Positions 18,974 through 28,799 of a stretch of DNA of 64,000 nucleotides are shown one piece after another (position 1 is the first letter of the stretch; every line of letters begins with the position of its first letter). The notes below the pieces were generated by a model. The model worked only from the letters and a program-made list of their open reading frames with translations. It ran no database searches and was not told where the DNA came from. Position numbers and translations under genes: made by a program. Source of the DNA: Candidatus Poribacteria bacterium (GTDB taxonomy: Bacteria > Poribacteria > WGA-4E > GCA-2687025); contig OY762492.1 in the NCBI GenBank assembly GCA_963665845.2, positions 2,560,001 through 2,624,000 of the forward strand. Direction: 5' to 3'.

Positions 18974-19687
18974 ATGCTGCGTCGACTTTCACAACTCGCG
19001 TTCAGCTTCGCCGGCATCAACGCCGCGGGTCTTGCCGCCTTCACTGTTCTTGTCTGGCGGCTCGCCGAAAAAGGTTTTGAGCTGATACAGCTGACCTATA
19101 TCACCATCCTTGCGAACGTGTATATCTGCGTCGTGCCGCATGAGCCGCTGCTGCTTTACTACGGCAGTAAAGATATGTGTGGTTTCTTGAGCGCCTCCAT
19201 CGTTTCCGCCTACGGCGCCTTCGCCGCCGGCGTCATCGATTACGAAACGCTGCGCCCCTTTTTTAGACATGACCGCGTGCGGAAGCTGTACGCCGACCGC
19301 CGCTCCTATCAAATCGGCGTGCGCTGGTTTTACAAAATGCCGTTCCTGGTCATGTTTCTCGCCGCCTTGACGCCCGCGCCGTTGTTTCCGTTTAAGTTCA
19401 TGGCGTTCTCGTCCGGCTACGGCAAATACCGGTATCTCGCCGCCATCACGCTGGGGCGGTTCCCGCGCTATCTGCTTTATACATGGGTTGCTGCTCAGTG
19501 GAACATCCCGAACTGGGCGATTGTTGCGCTCGTTCTGTTGACGGCGGCGGTCGCGGGGTGGGGGTTCCTGCGGGCGAAGTGGAAAAGCCGCCGTTCAGAC
19601 CAAGCGCAGGAGGAACCGTATGAAAAAACGCCCGACGAAAACGCGCCGCTTCAATCGCGCCAAAAACAGGACTCCGCCGGCGCCTGA
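18974..19687 (+). CDS. DedA/YqaA (VTT, SNARE-associated) family membrane protein
   Basis: VPHEPLLL, AALTPAPLFPFK, GRFPRY; several TM segments. Confidence 0.8.
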   Translation: MLRRLSQLAFSFAGINAAGLAAFTVLVWRLAEKGFELIQLTYITILANVYICVVPHEPLLLYYGSKDMCGFLSASIVSAYGAFAAGVIDYETLRPFFRHDRVRKLYADRRSYQIGVRWFYKMPFLVMFLAALTPAPLFPFKFMAFSSGYGKYRYLAAITLGRFPRYLLYTWVAAQWNIPNWAIVALVLLTAAVAGWGFLRAKWKSRRSDQAQEEPYEKTPDENAPLQSRQKQDSAGA

Positions 19688-20835
19688 TACGCCACATCCA
19701 GCTCCGGCGTCTCCAGTTTCTCCTGTCCCCGATGCAGCGACTCCACCCCAAAATACACCTGCCCCGTCGTCAACAGCGTCCGCTCCACCGGATAGGTTGG
19801 GCTGCCCGTCAGAAACATCTTTTCAAGGTTGTCGCACAGCGGGCTGAAGAAGCTGGCTAGGGTGGTGTGTCGAGGCGGCATCGGCAGATACATCTGCGTC
19901 GACTGAATGGAGCCGTCCCCCATGCGCGCCGCGAAGTTGAAGTCCAGGAGAAAGCCGTTCAGCAGGATCATCGTCGTTTTCAACCCGTCCCGATGCTCCA
20001 TCAGATAGGCGGTCGGATCTGGGCAGACCTCCTGAATGCGGTCGTTTTGGAAGTCGATGTCGGAGCTGTCGCCTCGGCGGGGCTGGCGGGTGAAGCTGCG
20101 GGCGACGGCGGCGGTCAACAGCTCTTCATCGAACGCGCCGTCCTCCATCGCTTTCCAGACCGCTTCGCCGCGCAGCGCGTGAAGCGACTTGAGTCCGACC
20201 TCGCCGTCTCCGCGCCGCTCCACCATGCATTGCGCCGTTTCCAGCCCGTGAAAGTCGTAGCTGTCGACGCCGCCGTAGCAGGCGCAGATCGCTTCGCGTA
20301 TCTCGACGCCGAGCGGAAACTCCAGCGCCGGCAGCCGCCAGGTCACCGGCAGCGACGACCCCGCCATGAACGCGAATCCAAGCTCGCGCGAGATGTCGAC
20401 CATCTCAACCGCCTGATTCCAGTCGTACGAGAGATGCTTGTCGTTGAAAACGGGAACCGCCCTGCCGCTGTCTCTAAATACCTCAACCATCTCCATAAAA
20501 AATTCGTAGCGCGGGTAGAGATGCTGCCCCTTGTCGTTGCGTTCGTATTGCCCGTGTTCGCCGATGATGAGAACGCCGTCGACGGCAAGCGTTTCGCCGC
20601 CCAGCGTCAGCGCTTCGGCGATGGTCGGGTAGATGGGGACGCCGAAACGCTCGGAGCGGTCTTGGCTCAAGTCGCGCTCATCCGTCTGGTCAACATACAT
20701 GGACGCGATCTGAACGTCAGGGGTGTGATGCCGCCCCTGCCATCCGTAGCCTTCTAGGAATCGGTCGACAATATGCTGCGCGTGGGAGTATTTGTGGTAG
20801 ATCGTGTTGAGAGCGGCGATTTTTTTCGGGGGCAT
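19651..20835 (-). CDS. Conserved hypothetical protein, probable Gfo/Idh/MocA-like oxidoreductase fold
   Basis: SHAQHIVDRFLEGY, PTIAEAL, VDGVLIIGEHG, FNDKHLS, AGSSLP, YDFHGLE; GGAG SD before ATG 20835. Confidence 0.75.
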   Translation of the reverse strand: MPPKKIAALNTIYHKYSHAQHIVDRFLEGYGWQGRHHTPDVQIASMYVDQTDERDLSQDRSERFGVPIYPTIAEALTLGGETLAVDGVLIIGEHGQYERNDKGQHLYPRYEFFMEMVEVFRDSGRAVPVFNDKHLSYDWNQAVEMVDISRELGFAFMAGSSLPVTWRLPALEFPLGVEIREAICACYGGVDSYDFHGLETAQCMVERRGDGEVGLKSLHALRGEAVWKAMEDGAFDEELLTAAVARSFTRQPRRGDSSDIDFQNDRIQEVCPDPTAYLMEHRDGLKTTMILLNGFLLDFNFAARMGDGSIQSTQMYLPMPPRHTTLASFFSPLCDNLEKMFLTGSPTYPVERTLLTTGQVYFGVESLHRGQEKLETPELDVAYQAPAESCFWRD

Positions 20836-20892
20836 GTCTCGTCTCCTTTTGACCACGTTAGCATAGGCGGCGGAGCGGTTCAAGCCTGCCGT

Positions 20893-21062
20893 CTGACCCC
20901 ATGACGAAAAAGTTGGGACATTTGAACCAACGATCGCTCTATTCATGGGAAAAAGGCGCCGCCAACCAAACGGTCATTCCCGCGCAAGCGGGAATCCAGA
21001 GGCGCCGCAGAAACCGTCCGCGTTCGCCAAGCGGAATGTCCCAACTAAAGACGTAAGGTCAG
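20893..21062. mobile_element. MITE family B (TIR CTGACCYYAyg..tAAAGTTGGGACAT)
   Basis: CTGACCCCATGACGAAAAAGTTGGGACAT ... ATGTCCCAACTAAAGACGTAAGGTCAG; about 170 bp; central ATTCCC-N8-GGGAAT. Confidence 0.8.
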
Positions 21063-21070
21063 AATCTCGC

Positions 21071-21099
21071 TTTACAATCCAAGGCGCAGGGGCTATACT
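21071..21099 (+). promoter_or_regulatory. Sigma70 promoter, probably giving a leaderless transcript
   Basis: TTTACA-17 bp-TATACT; ATG at 21106 follows after a 6-nt gap, with no SD. Confidence 0.6.
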
Positions 21100-21105
21100 A
21101 TGGGC

Positions 21106-21642
21106 ATGAAAGATACGCAGGATCAGCTCATCGACAACCAAGCCAAAATCATGCTGCGGCAGGATGAGTCCGCTGAAACGCTAAAACGGCTTGTCAATAT
21201 AGAGTCACGGGATCACGTCCTAAACTTAAAATTCAAGCTTGGTTTTCTTTTGGTTCTGTTTTTCATCGACAGAATGGACATACGCAAATTCAAACTTATG
21301 TGGAGCTGCATTACGCCGTACCGCGAAGTATTTCTGGATAAAATTTATGCCGCCAAAGATGATGGAACGCTCACTTTGGAACAAACCAGGCGGATTCTAG
21401 CGGTTGATCTGGTTGCGGTCGGCAAGCAAATTGGCGCCAAGAGCGACACATGGATCGCCGTCGAAGCGTCCAGCGTCATTGAGAAAAACGACATAGACCG
21501 CGTAAAAGAATCGGCAAACCTTCTGAGCCTTGTTTATGAAGCCGACTCTATCGCCGCCGCTGTAGGTTACGAGATCCCCGACCAGACGCGCCGATACGCC
21601 GAAGCGTCTGACGTAGAGATCATCCTTCTTCAATCGTCGTAA
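21106..21642 (+). CDS. Hypothetical protein, possible PD-(D/E)xK-like fold
   Basis: VDLVAVG...WIAVEASSVIEKNDIDRV pattern; lower GC than flanks. Confidence 0.6.
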   Translation: MKDTQDQLIDNQAKIMLRQDESAETLKRLVNIESRDHVLNLKFKLGFLLVLFFIDRMDIRKFKLMWSCITPYREVFLDKIYAAKDDGTLTLEQTRRILAVDLVAVGKQIGAKSDTWIAVEASSVIEKNDIDRVKESANLLSLVYEADSIAAAVGYEIPDQTRRYAEASDVEIILLQSS

Positions 21643-21857
21643 ACCGCCCGAACTCGATCCTCCGCCGCCGCGTCCAGCGACGTCACGGCGACATGAAAAA
21701 AATCTGCCTCCAGCTCTATCGAAATCGTCAAGGAGCGCAAACCCGCCTCAAAAAGGGCGTCCTCCACCAAACGCCCCACCGCGCGGGCGCGCAAACCTTC
21801 ATGCCGCGCCCCTGGCGCAAAGCGCGGGTCTAGCCGCTCCGTCTCATTCTTCCGCAT
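21630..21857 (-). CDS. Small hypothetical protein
   Basis: 75-aa ORF overlapping the TPR gene stop; fills the intergenic gap; no motif recognised. Confidence 0.4.
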   Translation of the reverse strand: MRKNETERLDPRFAPGARHEGLRARAVGRLVEDALFEAGLRSLTISIELEADFFHVAVTSLDAAAEDRVRAVYDD

Positions 21858-22656
21858 CGTCCATCTCCTCAAACAGCTCCGAGCCGCGCAATATATCTTC
21901 CCGCGACAACACATCCATCGGGCCGGTCGTCTGATTCGCCAGCTCGTCAAACGCGGGATTTCCTCTCAACGGGGCTAAATTCTCATCTTCCGCCGCCGTC
22001 CGCCCCCAGCCCGTATTCAGCTCCGCCGCCGCGAGCGCATACTTCAGCCCTTTCTCCAGATCGCCCGCTTTAACCGCAATCACGGCGAGGCAGTAGCTCG
22101 GCGCCGGCCAGTCGGGGCGCGCTTTCGCCGCCGCTTCAAAATGCGGACGCGCCGCCTCATACTGCTCCCTCCCAAAATACAGCTGCGCCAGGTCAAAATG
22201 CGCCTCCACATAATCGGGTTTCAGCGCAATCGCGCGAAGCCAGGACGCCGCCGCTTCGTCCGCGCGGTTCGGCGGCCCGTCCATATACGCGCAGCCCATG
22301 TTGTAGTGGATGAAAGCGTCCTCAGGGTCTAAATCAAGAGCGGCGCGGTAGGCGCGCTCCATCTCCTCCGCGTCGCCCGCCTCGCGCGCGTGGAATGCCT
22401 GCCATAGATGCGTCTGGAGCAGTCTGTGCCGCGCCTCCTCGTCCGCATCGTCCTTTTTCAAAAGCCGTTTGTAGATCTCCTGCGCCGCCTCATACCGCTC
22501 CATAAAAGAATGTATTCGCGCGAGCAGATGCAGGGCGTCTAGATCGTCAGGCTTCCGCTCCAGTCGCTCCTCCACAATCGCTTTCGCCCCCTCTAGGTCG
22601 TCCGCTTCAAGCGCCTTGGCCGCCCTTGAAAGCCATCGCGTTCTCAACAAGTTCAT
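21844..22656 (-). CDS. Tetratricopeptide repeat protein
   Basis: Multiple TPR motifs (PDDLDALHLLA, PEDAFIHYNMG, PDYVEAHFDLA). Confidence 0.88.
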   Translation of the reverse strand: MNLLRTRWLSRAAKALEADDLEGAKAIVEERLERKPDDLDALHLLARIHSFMERYEAAQEIYKRLLKKDDADEEARHRLLQTHLWQAFHAREAGDAEEMERAYRAALDLDPEDAFIHYNMGCAYMDGPPNRADEAAASWLRAIALKPDYVEAHFDLAQLYFGREQYEAARPHFEAAAKARPDWPAPSYCLAVIAVKAGDLEKGLKYALAAAELNTGWGRTAAEDENLAPLRGNPAFDELANQTTGPMDVLSREDILRGSELFEEMDDAEE

Positions 22657-24122
22657 GCTTCCTCCTCCAGCGCTTCCATGAGTCGCCCGCGCCGCGCATA
22701 CAGCCGCTCATACGCCTCGACCGAGTCGCGTTTCGGCTCAAACAGCTTCGTCGGCGTTTTCAGGCGTTTCCATGCTTCTTCGGTTGAATCGACCGCGCCG
22801 ACGCCGACCATCGCCAGCGCCGCCGCGCCCAGCGCCGTCACCTCCGCCGCGCCTGACAGCTCCACCGGCATGTTCAACACATCCGCCAAGATTTGTCCGA
22901 ACAGCTCATTTTTGGCAAACCCGCCGCCGACCAGCAGCGACGACGCCTCGGCGCCCATCGCTTCTTTGGAGTCGCGCGTCTGAAAGGCGAGACCCTCCAG
23001 AACCGCCCTGACAGCGTTTCCAGGCTCCATTCCATCCGCCCAGCCGAGAACGGCGCTGGGAACCTGCGGGTTGGGTCCTGTGCCGGCGACAAAGGTCGGG
23101 TTGATGAGGACGCCGCCGCTTCCCGGCTCCGCCTCCGCCGCGAGCGCGGACGCCTCCGCCGCAGACGACCCCGGCAGCCACATCCGCCGCACAAGGTCGA
23201 ACGCCAGCCCGCCAATCATATGCCCCTGTATGTTGAAACCGCCCAGGACGCCCTCGTTTTGAGGGTTGCGCTGCCACAGGATATTGCGCCGCCGCTGCGC
23301 TGACGACACGGACGCCTCGTCCCTAGAGCCGACCAGAATGCTCCATGTGCCGGTCGAATACAGCAGGCTTTCCCGCAGATCTCGGCATGCGCCGGCGACC
23401 GCTACCGCCGTGTCATGCCCGCCCGCGCATACGGGGATGCCCGCCGGCAATCCAGAGATCGTTGACGCCTCCTGGCGAACCTCCCCCGCAATACCGCTCG
23501 GACAGCCAACCTGTTTCGGAAATTTATTGGGAACATCGAACGCCTCAAACAGCCGCTCCGCCCAGGCGTTTCGTTCAAGGTCGTACAGCATGCTGGTGGT
23601 CGCCATCGTCTGCTCGGCGGCGCGTTCGCCGGTCAGCCGCTCAACAAACAGCTGCGGCATCATCAAGAAAGCGTCCGCCTCCTCCAAAACTTCCGGGCGC
23701 CGCTCGCGCAGCCAGCGCAAGCTAAACGCCGTATTAAAATAGAACGGCGGCGCGCCCGTCTGTTCATAAACCGCGTCCAGATCCATGCGCTCTTCCGCCC
23801 ACTCCAGCTGCTCCTGCGTTCGCTGGCACTTCCACGAGATGACGGGATAGATCAGCTCCCCGCGCGCGTCTACAGCCCCCCAGCAGACGCCGAAGGTTGT
23901 GATGTTCACCGCGCGCGGCTCCGCTTCATGCTCGCTCAACAGCTCGCGCGTCAGCTCGCAAAAATGAACCCAAAAACGCTCCACCGGCCATATAAGCCCG
24001 TCTTCAGTTTGCGCCGCGTCGGTCGGCCGCGACTTCGACCCTAAAACGCGCCCGTCCAACGCGACCAGCAGAACCGAAGCGTTTGTCGCTCCGCAGTCCC
24101 ATACCACGATGCCTTCCTGCAT
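22653..24122 (-). CDS. FGGY-family carbohydrate kinase (fuculokinase/xylulokinase-like)
   Basis: DCGATN, PVISW, GGHDTA, STGTW, EGLAFQ, VGGGFAKN. Confidence 0.9.
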   Translation of the reverse strand: MQEGIVVWDCGATNASVLLVALDGRVLGSKSRPTDAAQTEDGLIWPVERFWVHFCELTRELLSEHEAEPRAVNITTFGVCWGAVDARGELIYPVISWKCQRTQEQLEWAEERMDLDAVYEQTGAPPFYFNTAFSLRWLRERRPEVLEEADAFLMMPQLFVERLTGERAAEQTMATTSMLYDLERNAWAERLFEAFDVPNKFPKQVGCPSGIAGEVRQEASTISGLPAGIPVCAGGHDTAVAVAGACRDLRESLLYSTGTWSILVGSRDEASVSSAQRRRNILWQRNPQNEGVLGGFNIQGHMIGGLAFDLVRRMWLPGSSAAEASALAAEAEPGSGGVLINPTFVAGTGPNPQVPSAVLGWADGMEPGNAVRAVLEGLAFQTRDSKEAMGAEASSLLVGGGFAKNELFGQILADVLNMPVELSGAAEVTALGAAALAMVGVGAVDSTEEAWKRLKTPTKLFEPKRDSVEAYERLYARRGRLMEALEEEA

Positions 24123-24176
24123 GCGCTCCGCCTTTCCATGCTTGAACGCCGTTTAGCCCGCTCCGTTCGTCTTATC

Positions 24177-27100
24177 TCACCGCAGCGCGACGATGATGAC
24201 CGCCGCCGCGGCCGCCGTTGTGATCGCAAAGCGCAGCAGATTCGCCGCGTTCGCAAATCCGCTCGACACCTTCTCCGACACAACGCGCGTCGGAACGATG
24301 ATCGTATCTCCCGGCGACAGGCTCTTTAACTGATCCGACCGCGTGAAACTGCCGTTCACATGCGCCACATAAATCCGCTCCATGTCGGCGTCCGCGGAGG
24401 CGCCGCCGGCGACTTCGATGTAGTCGTTCACGCTCAACCCTTTCACGTATACGGTGGCGATATTCGCCGGCACCGCGCCCGTAACGGCGATGACATTGCG
24501 CAGCTTCGGCACATGAATCACATCGTTCGGCTCCAGCAGCAGATCGCGCTCTCCGCCCGGACGACTCAACGCTTCCGGCAGGTTGATCACAATCCGTCCG
24601 ATCGGAAACATCTGCTCAATTTCACGCGCGGGAGTCACCAAACTAACGGACGGCGTCCAATCGGACGCGCCGGCGCCTTCCAGTATCGGAGCCGCCCCGC
24701 CGCCCAGAACGCCCGCCGACGCCGACGCAATATCGGTCAACGAATCATCGATGCCCTGCGGCTGAATTCCCGCCTCATACTGCGCCTTCGCCGCCTGACG
24801 CAGATACTCCTGATTCGACAACAGCTTCTGAACCTCCCACACCGTTTCAATCGATTCGCGCTGCGCCTCGTCCAAAAGATGCTCCGGACGGCGGCTCATA
24901 GACGCCCCCTCCAGATACGCCGACTCGGTCGTTCCGCCCGCCCGTTTGACGATGTCGCTCAACCGATCGTCCCCCTCCAGAACATACGAGCCGGGAAACG
25001 CCACCTCGCCTGTTACCTTCACCGAACGCGGGACCTCCTGAAACGTCCCGCTCTTGCGCACCGCCGCCACATCCCCCGGCTCCAACACAAGATTATGCGC
25101 GGGATCGCCCGCCATCGCCGCCTCAAGATCGACCCGCACAATCGGCGACCCTTTCTCCTGGCGCGCATGGGCGATCTCAACCGTCTTGCCGTAACCCGGC
25201 GTCAAACCGCCCGCCAGCATGATCAGGTCTCGAAGCGTCATACCTTCAAAATACGGGTAGGTATCCGGACGCTGAACGGCGCCGTACAGCTGCGTCGTTT
25301 TTTCTGGGCTAAAGACCGCCTCGCGCATTGTCCAGACGCGCACCGCGTCGCCGGGGCGCAGCTCCAGGTCGGCTTCGGCGTCCCCAGCGAGCGCCTTTTC
25401 CAGATCGATGGGAACGGCGATGCGGTTTTCATAATCGTCCAGATACCGGTACAGATCGGCGCGTTTGAGATAGGCGTTCGGCATGACCCCGCCCGCCTGA
25501 AACAGCAGCATGGAGACGCGCATGCCGTCCTGTATCGGATAGCTTCCGCCGCGCTGGACAGCTCCAACCGCCTGCGCCTCGCTGGGCGGGCGCCATTTCG
25601 TTTCTCCATAACCGTAAACGATGATCTCGTCCTCCGGCATGAGCGTTATGTCCGCCTCCCCGCCGACCGACAGCGCGCCTTCCAGGTCGATGACCAGCGC
25701 CGATTCGACGCGCGCATGGCTCGGCGCCTTCCGCAGAAGCAGCGCCGTCGGTTCGCGTTCCGCTTTGGCGCCGCCGGCGCGCATCAGGGCGTCGCTGACG
25801 CGCATATTTTGGGTGAAAGGCACCCACCCCGGCGACTGAACCGCGCCCGTAACCTTCACCGACTGCGGCGGTTCCCAGACCGCCTCGTCATAACGCAGAA
25901 TCAACAGCGCGTCGCCGTCCCGCAGGATCGGATCGTTTTTGTCCAGCTGAAGCAGGTTCACCGGCTCGCTGAACGCCAGCCGATTCTGAATGTCGGCGCG
26001 CAGAAGCAGGGCGCGCTCCCGGTAAGCGTCCGGCGCCGGACCGCCCGCCGTCCGCAGCAGGTCCGAGACGCGCATGCCGTCCGCGCGCGTGTAATTCCCT
26101 GGACGCTTCACCGCGCCCTGCGCCGCGATGGTTCGCGCAGGGGCGTCCATCGCGTCCGTCTCCGCATAGACGGTCAGCCTGTCGAACGGCTCAAGCGGAA
26201 TGTCCGCGTCCGCGCCGCCCGACAAAGCGTCTTCAGGGTTGACGGGAAGGAGCGTCAAGGTGAGTCCGTCCGCGTTTCGACGGAACAGATCGGCGCGCGC
26301 CCGGTAAGCCCCCTCCCGCAAACCGCGCGCCGCCTTGATCAAATCCGAGACGCGCATGCCCTCCTTCAGCTCATACTGCCCCGGGCGCTTCAGGTAGCCG
26401 GACGCCTGAACCGTGTTGACAGGCTCCGACAGCAGCGGGTGGATCATAATATGGTCGCCGTCCTGAAGCGGCGGGAGATTGGACATGCCGCCCGTCACAT
26501 CTAGGTTGAGAAGTATGCGTTCCGCGCCGCCCCGCGCCGAGTCGACCTGAACGCTTTTCGCAAACCCGCTTGGGCGAATGCCGCCCGCCATTTCAAACAG
26601 CTGCGCGTAATGCTCCCCCTCCTTCAGCTCGTAGATGCCGGGGCGCCCCACCTCGCCCTGTATGGACGCTTGCCGTCCGACCGGCGCAAAATAGATCAGG
26701 TCGCCGTCGCGCAGCGGCTGCTCCTGATCCGCCTTGCCATGCAGCAGAAAGTCGTACATATCGATCTCTATCGTCTGCGCGCCGCGCTTCAAGAAGATTT
26801 TGCGCATGGAGCCGAGATCGTTCGGACCGCCGCAGATTCGAAGCAGGTTAAAAAGAGACGCCGCCGAGCTCAACGCATACGACCCCGGCAAATACGCATG
26901 CCCCGCCACCGCCGCCTGCACCGTTTCAAGCGACTCGAAGGTGACGAACAGCTTCGTGTCGGAGTAGGTTTCGCGCGCCGTCAATTCGCGCAGCATCTGC
27001 TCCACCTCGCCGAGCGTCTTGCCGACCACAACGAGCCGTCCGTGCGGCGGCGCGTTCACTTCCCCCTCCGGCGACACCGCAAGGCGCATCCGCTGCGGCT

Positions 27101-28490
27101 CCAGATTGCCCGCCGCCGACCACCAAACCGCGCGGAGAACATCCCCCGGCGACACGATGCGCCGCTGCGGGATATTCAAAAGCGCGTTCGAGTCGAGCTG
27201 GTCAAGCGGGCCGATATAGCCTGTCACCGCATTTCGAAGAAGCGTTTCAGGTACAAGCGCCGGCTGCGGAGTCGGCTGAGTCGGTTGAGTCGGCGGAACA
27301 GCGCCGGTTCCTGAAGGCGCCGTCCCTGGCGTCGGGGCGGGGGCGGGAGCCGTTCCCTGCGCCGCTTCCAGTTCCAGCATTTTGATTCGGCGCGCCGTCT
27401 GTCGAATGCGTTCGCGCCCCGCTTCAAAAAACTCGTCCCCAAACCGCCGCAGCGTCAGGCGCGATTCGTTCATCATCTCCATGCGCGCTTCCCGCCGGGC
27501 GCGCGCGCGCATCGCTTGATCGGCGTTCGCCGGCTGTTCAGCGCGCATCGTCGGAACGATGAGTATGTCGCCCGGCTCCAGCGTTTCAGGGTTGCGCTCC
27601 AGCGTTCCGTCGCGCCGGGCGGCGTAAACCCGTTCGATCTCTCCGTTTTCGGTCGCTCCGCCTGCGAGGCGGATGTAATCTTCCGCCGTCAGCTCCGGCT
27701 GAAAACCAAACGCCCCCGGCCGCTGCACGGCGCCCGTTACCAGTATGCGCTGCGGCGCGCCGCTCCTCTCCGACGGCTCGGCAAAGGGGCGAAGCTTCGG
27801 CGGCGGCGCCTGACCCTCCTCAAGCGGCTTGAACTGCGCCAGTACCGCGTCCCCCGGCAAAATCTGCGAGACCCGCTCGGCTCGAAGCAGTTGTCCGTTT
27901 GGACGAAGAATCCATAGCCCGCCAATGTCCGCCTCGGCTGAAAGACCGCCCGCCGCGTTCAGATAGTCGCGCAGCGTCCATCTCGGCTTATGATGAACCC
28001 GTATCGGGCTGTTCACCGCCCCGGTGATTCGCACCCGCCGCTCGTCCATTGATTGCGGCAGCGCAAGGCGCGGTCCCCCCGCCGTCTCCTCTTCAGGCAG
28101 CGGCGACAGCTCCGATTCCAACGTTGACAGTTCCAAGATGCGTTCCCCGCCCGAAAGCGGCAACCCAGGCGTCAACGGCAGGATCGTTCCCTCCAGCGTC
28201 GCTATGCGCACATTGTCTTGGACAATTTCAGACGGCTCCGCGCCGGCGAAAAACAGGTAGTCCAGCGGCGTCAATTGCTCCTCAAAACGGAACCGCCTGC
28301 CGCGCTCCGCGCCCTTGACCCAGACAAACACATACGGGCGGAGCGCCTCAAGAGACTCGGCGGACGCCTCCGCAATTTGCGGGCTTGCCAGCGCTTCGAG
28401 CGGCGTCTGGTCTTCAACGCCGTTCTCCTCCGCCGCGCAGAACGCCGCCGCCAACATCACACATACAGACGATATGAACCGCCGCCTCAA
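24177..28490 (-). CDS. Multi-SLBB polysaccharide export protein (KpsD/Wza-like)
   Basis: Signal peptide; more than 10 repeats of V.GAV..PG.Y....GMRVSDL...AGG; PGD motifs; C-terminal hydrophobic helix. Confidence 0.88.
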   Translation of the reverse strand: MRRRFISSVCVMLAAAFCAAEENGVEDQTPLEALASPQIAEASAESLEALRPYVFVWVKGAERGRRFRFEEQLTPLDYLFFAGAEPSEIVQDNVRIATLEGTILPLTPGLPLSGGERILELSTLESELSPLPEEETAGGPRLALPQSMDERRVRITGAVNSPIRVHHKPRWTLRDYLNAAGGLSAEADIGGLWILRPNGQLLRAERVSQILPGDAVLAQFKPLEEGQAPPPKLRPFAEPSERSGAPQRILVTGAVQRPGAFGFQPELTAEDYIRLAGGATENGEIERVYAARRDGTLERNPETLEPGDILIVPTMRAEQPANADQAMRARARREARMEMMNESRLTLRRFGDEFFEAGRERIRQTARRIKMLELEAAQGTAPAPAPTPGTAPSGTGAVPPTQPTQPTPQPALVPETLLRNAVTGYIGPLDQLDSNALLNIPQRRIVSPGDVLRAVWWSAAGNLEPQRMRLAVSPEGEVNAPPHGRLVVVGKTLGEVEQMLRELTARETYSDTKLFVTFESLETVQAAVAGHAYLPGSYALSSAASLFNLLRICGGPNDLGSMRKIFLKRGAQTIEIDMYDFLLHGKADQEQPLRDGDLIYFAPVGRQASIQGEVGRPGIYELKEGEHYAQLFEMAGGIRPSGFAKSVQVDSARGGAERILLNLDVTGGMSNLPPLQDGDHIMIHPLLSEPVNTVQASGYLKRPGQYELKEGMRVSDLIKAARGLREGAYRARADLFRRNADGLTLTLLPVNPEDALSGGADADIPLEPFDRLTVYAETDAMDAPARTIAAQGAVKRPGNYTRADGMRVSDLLRTAGGPAPDAYRERALLLRADIQNRLAFSEPVNLLQLDKNDPILRDGDALLILRYDEAVWEPPQSVKVTGAVQSPGWVPFTQNMRVSDALMRAGGAKAEREPTALLLRKAPSHARVESALVIDLEGALSVGGEADITLMPEDEIIVYGYGETKWRPPSEAQAVGAVQRGGSYPIQDGMRVSMLLFQAGGVMPNAYLKRADLYRYLDDYENRIAVPIDLEKALAGDAEADLELRPGDAVRVWTMREAVFSPEKTTQLYGAVQRPDTYPYFEGMTLRDLIMLAGGLTPGYGKTVEIAHARQEKGSPIVRVDLEAAMAGDPAHNLVLEPGDVAAVRKSGTFQEVPRSVKVTGEVAFPGSYVLEGDDRLSDIVKRAGGTTESAYLEGASMSRRPEHLLDEAQRESIETVWEVQKLLSNQEYLRQAAKAQYEAGIQPQGIDDSLTDIASASAGVLGGGAAPILEGAGASDWTPSVSLVTPAREIEQMFPIGRIVINLPEALSRPGGERDLLLEPNDVIHVPKLRNVIAVTGAVPANIATVYVKGLSVNDYIEVAGGASADADMERIYVAHVNGSFTRSDQLKSLSPGDTIIVPTRVVSEKVSSGFANAANLLRFAITTAAAAAVIIVALR

Positions 28491-28628
28491 TAGACACGCT
28501 CCCGGAAATCACAATATATGCCCTATCATAAGCGCAACGGGGGCAGTATGCAACCCGCCGTCCTGAACGGCAGTACGCCCATACGATGATCTTCATTTTT
28601 TAACCCTAAAGCGTCCGCGCCGCCCGTC

Positions 28629-28688
28629 GTCATTCCCGTGAAAACGGGAATCTTAGGCGTCGCAGACGCCGTCCATATGGCGTCTGCG
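28629..28688. repeat. ATTCCC-N8-GGGAAT palindrome followed by a GC hairpin
   Basis: GTCATTCCCGTGAAAACGGGAATC; CGCAGACGCC-N8-GGCGTCTGCG. Confidence 0.7.
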
Positions 28689-28799
28689 ATCAACATCATC
28701 GCATGAGCGTACTATCTCCTGAACGGCAGCCCTGCGCGCTTGCCCCGTCCGCTTTTTTTTGAGACAATCTCCCGCGTCAACGCCCGGAGGAAACGCCCC

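Noticed and set aside
24360-26504. 714-aa plus-strand ORF and other long antisense ORFs (e.g. 49414-50709, 38965-39900, 4938-5852)
   Set aside because: Shadow frames opposite well-supported high-GC genes; Arg-rich, no motifs.
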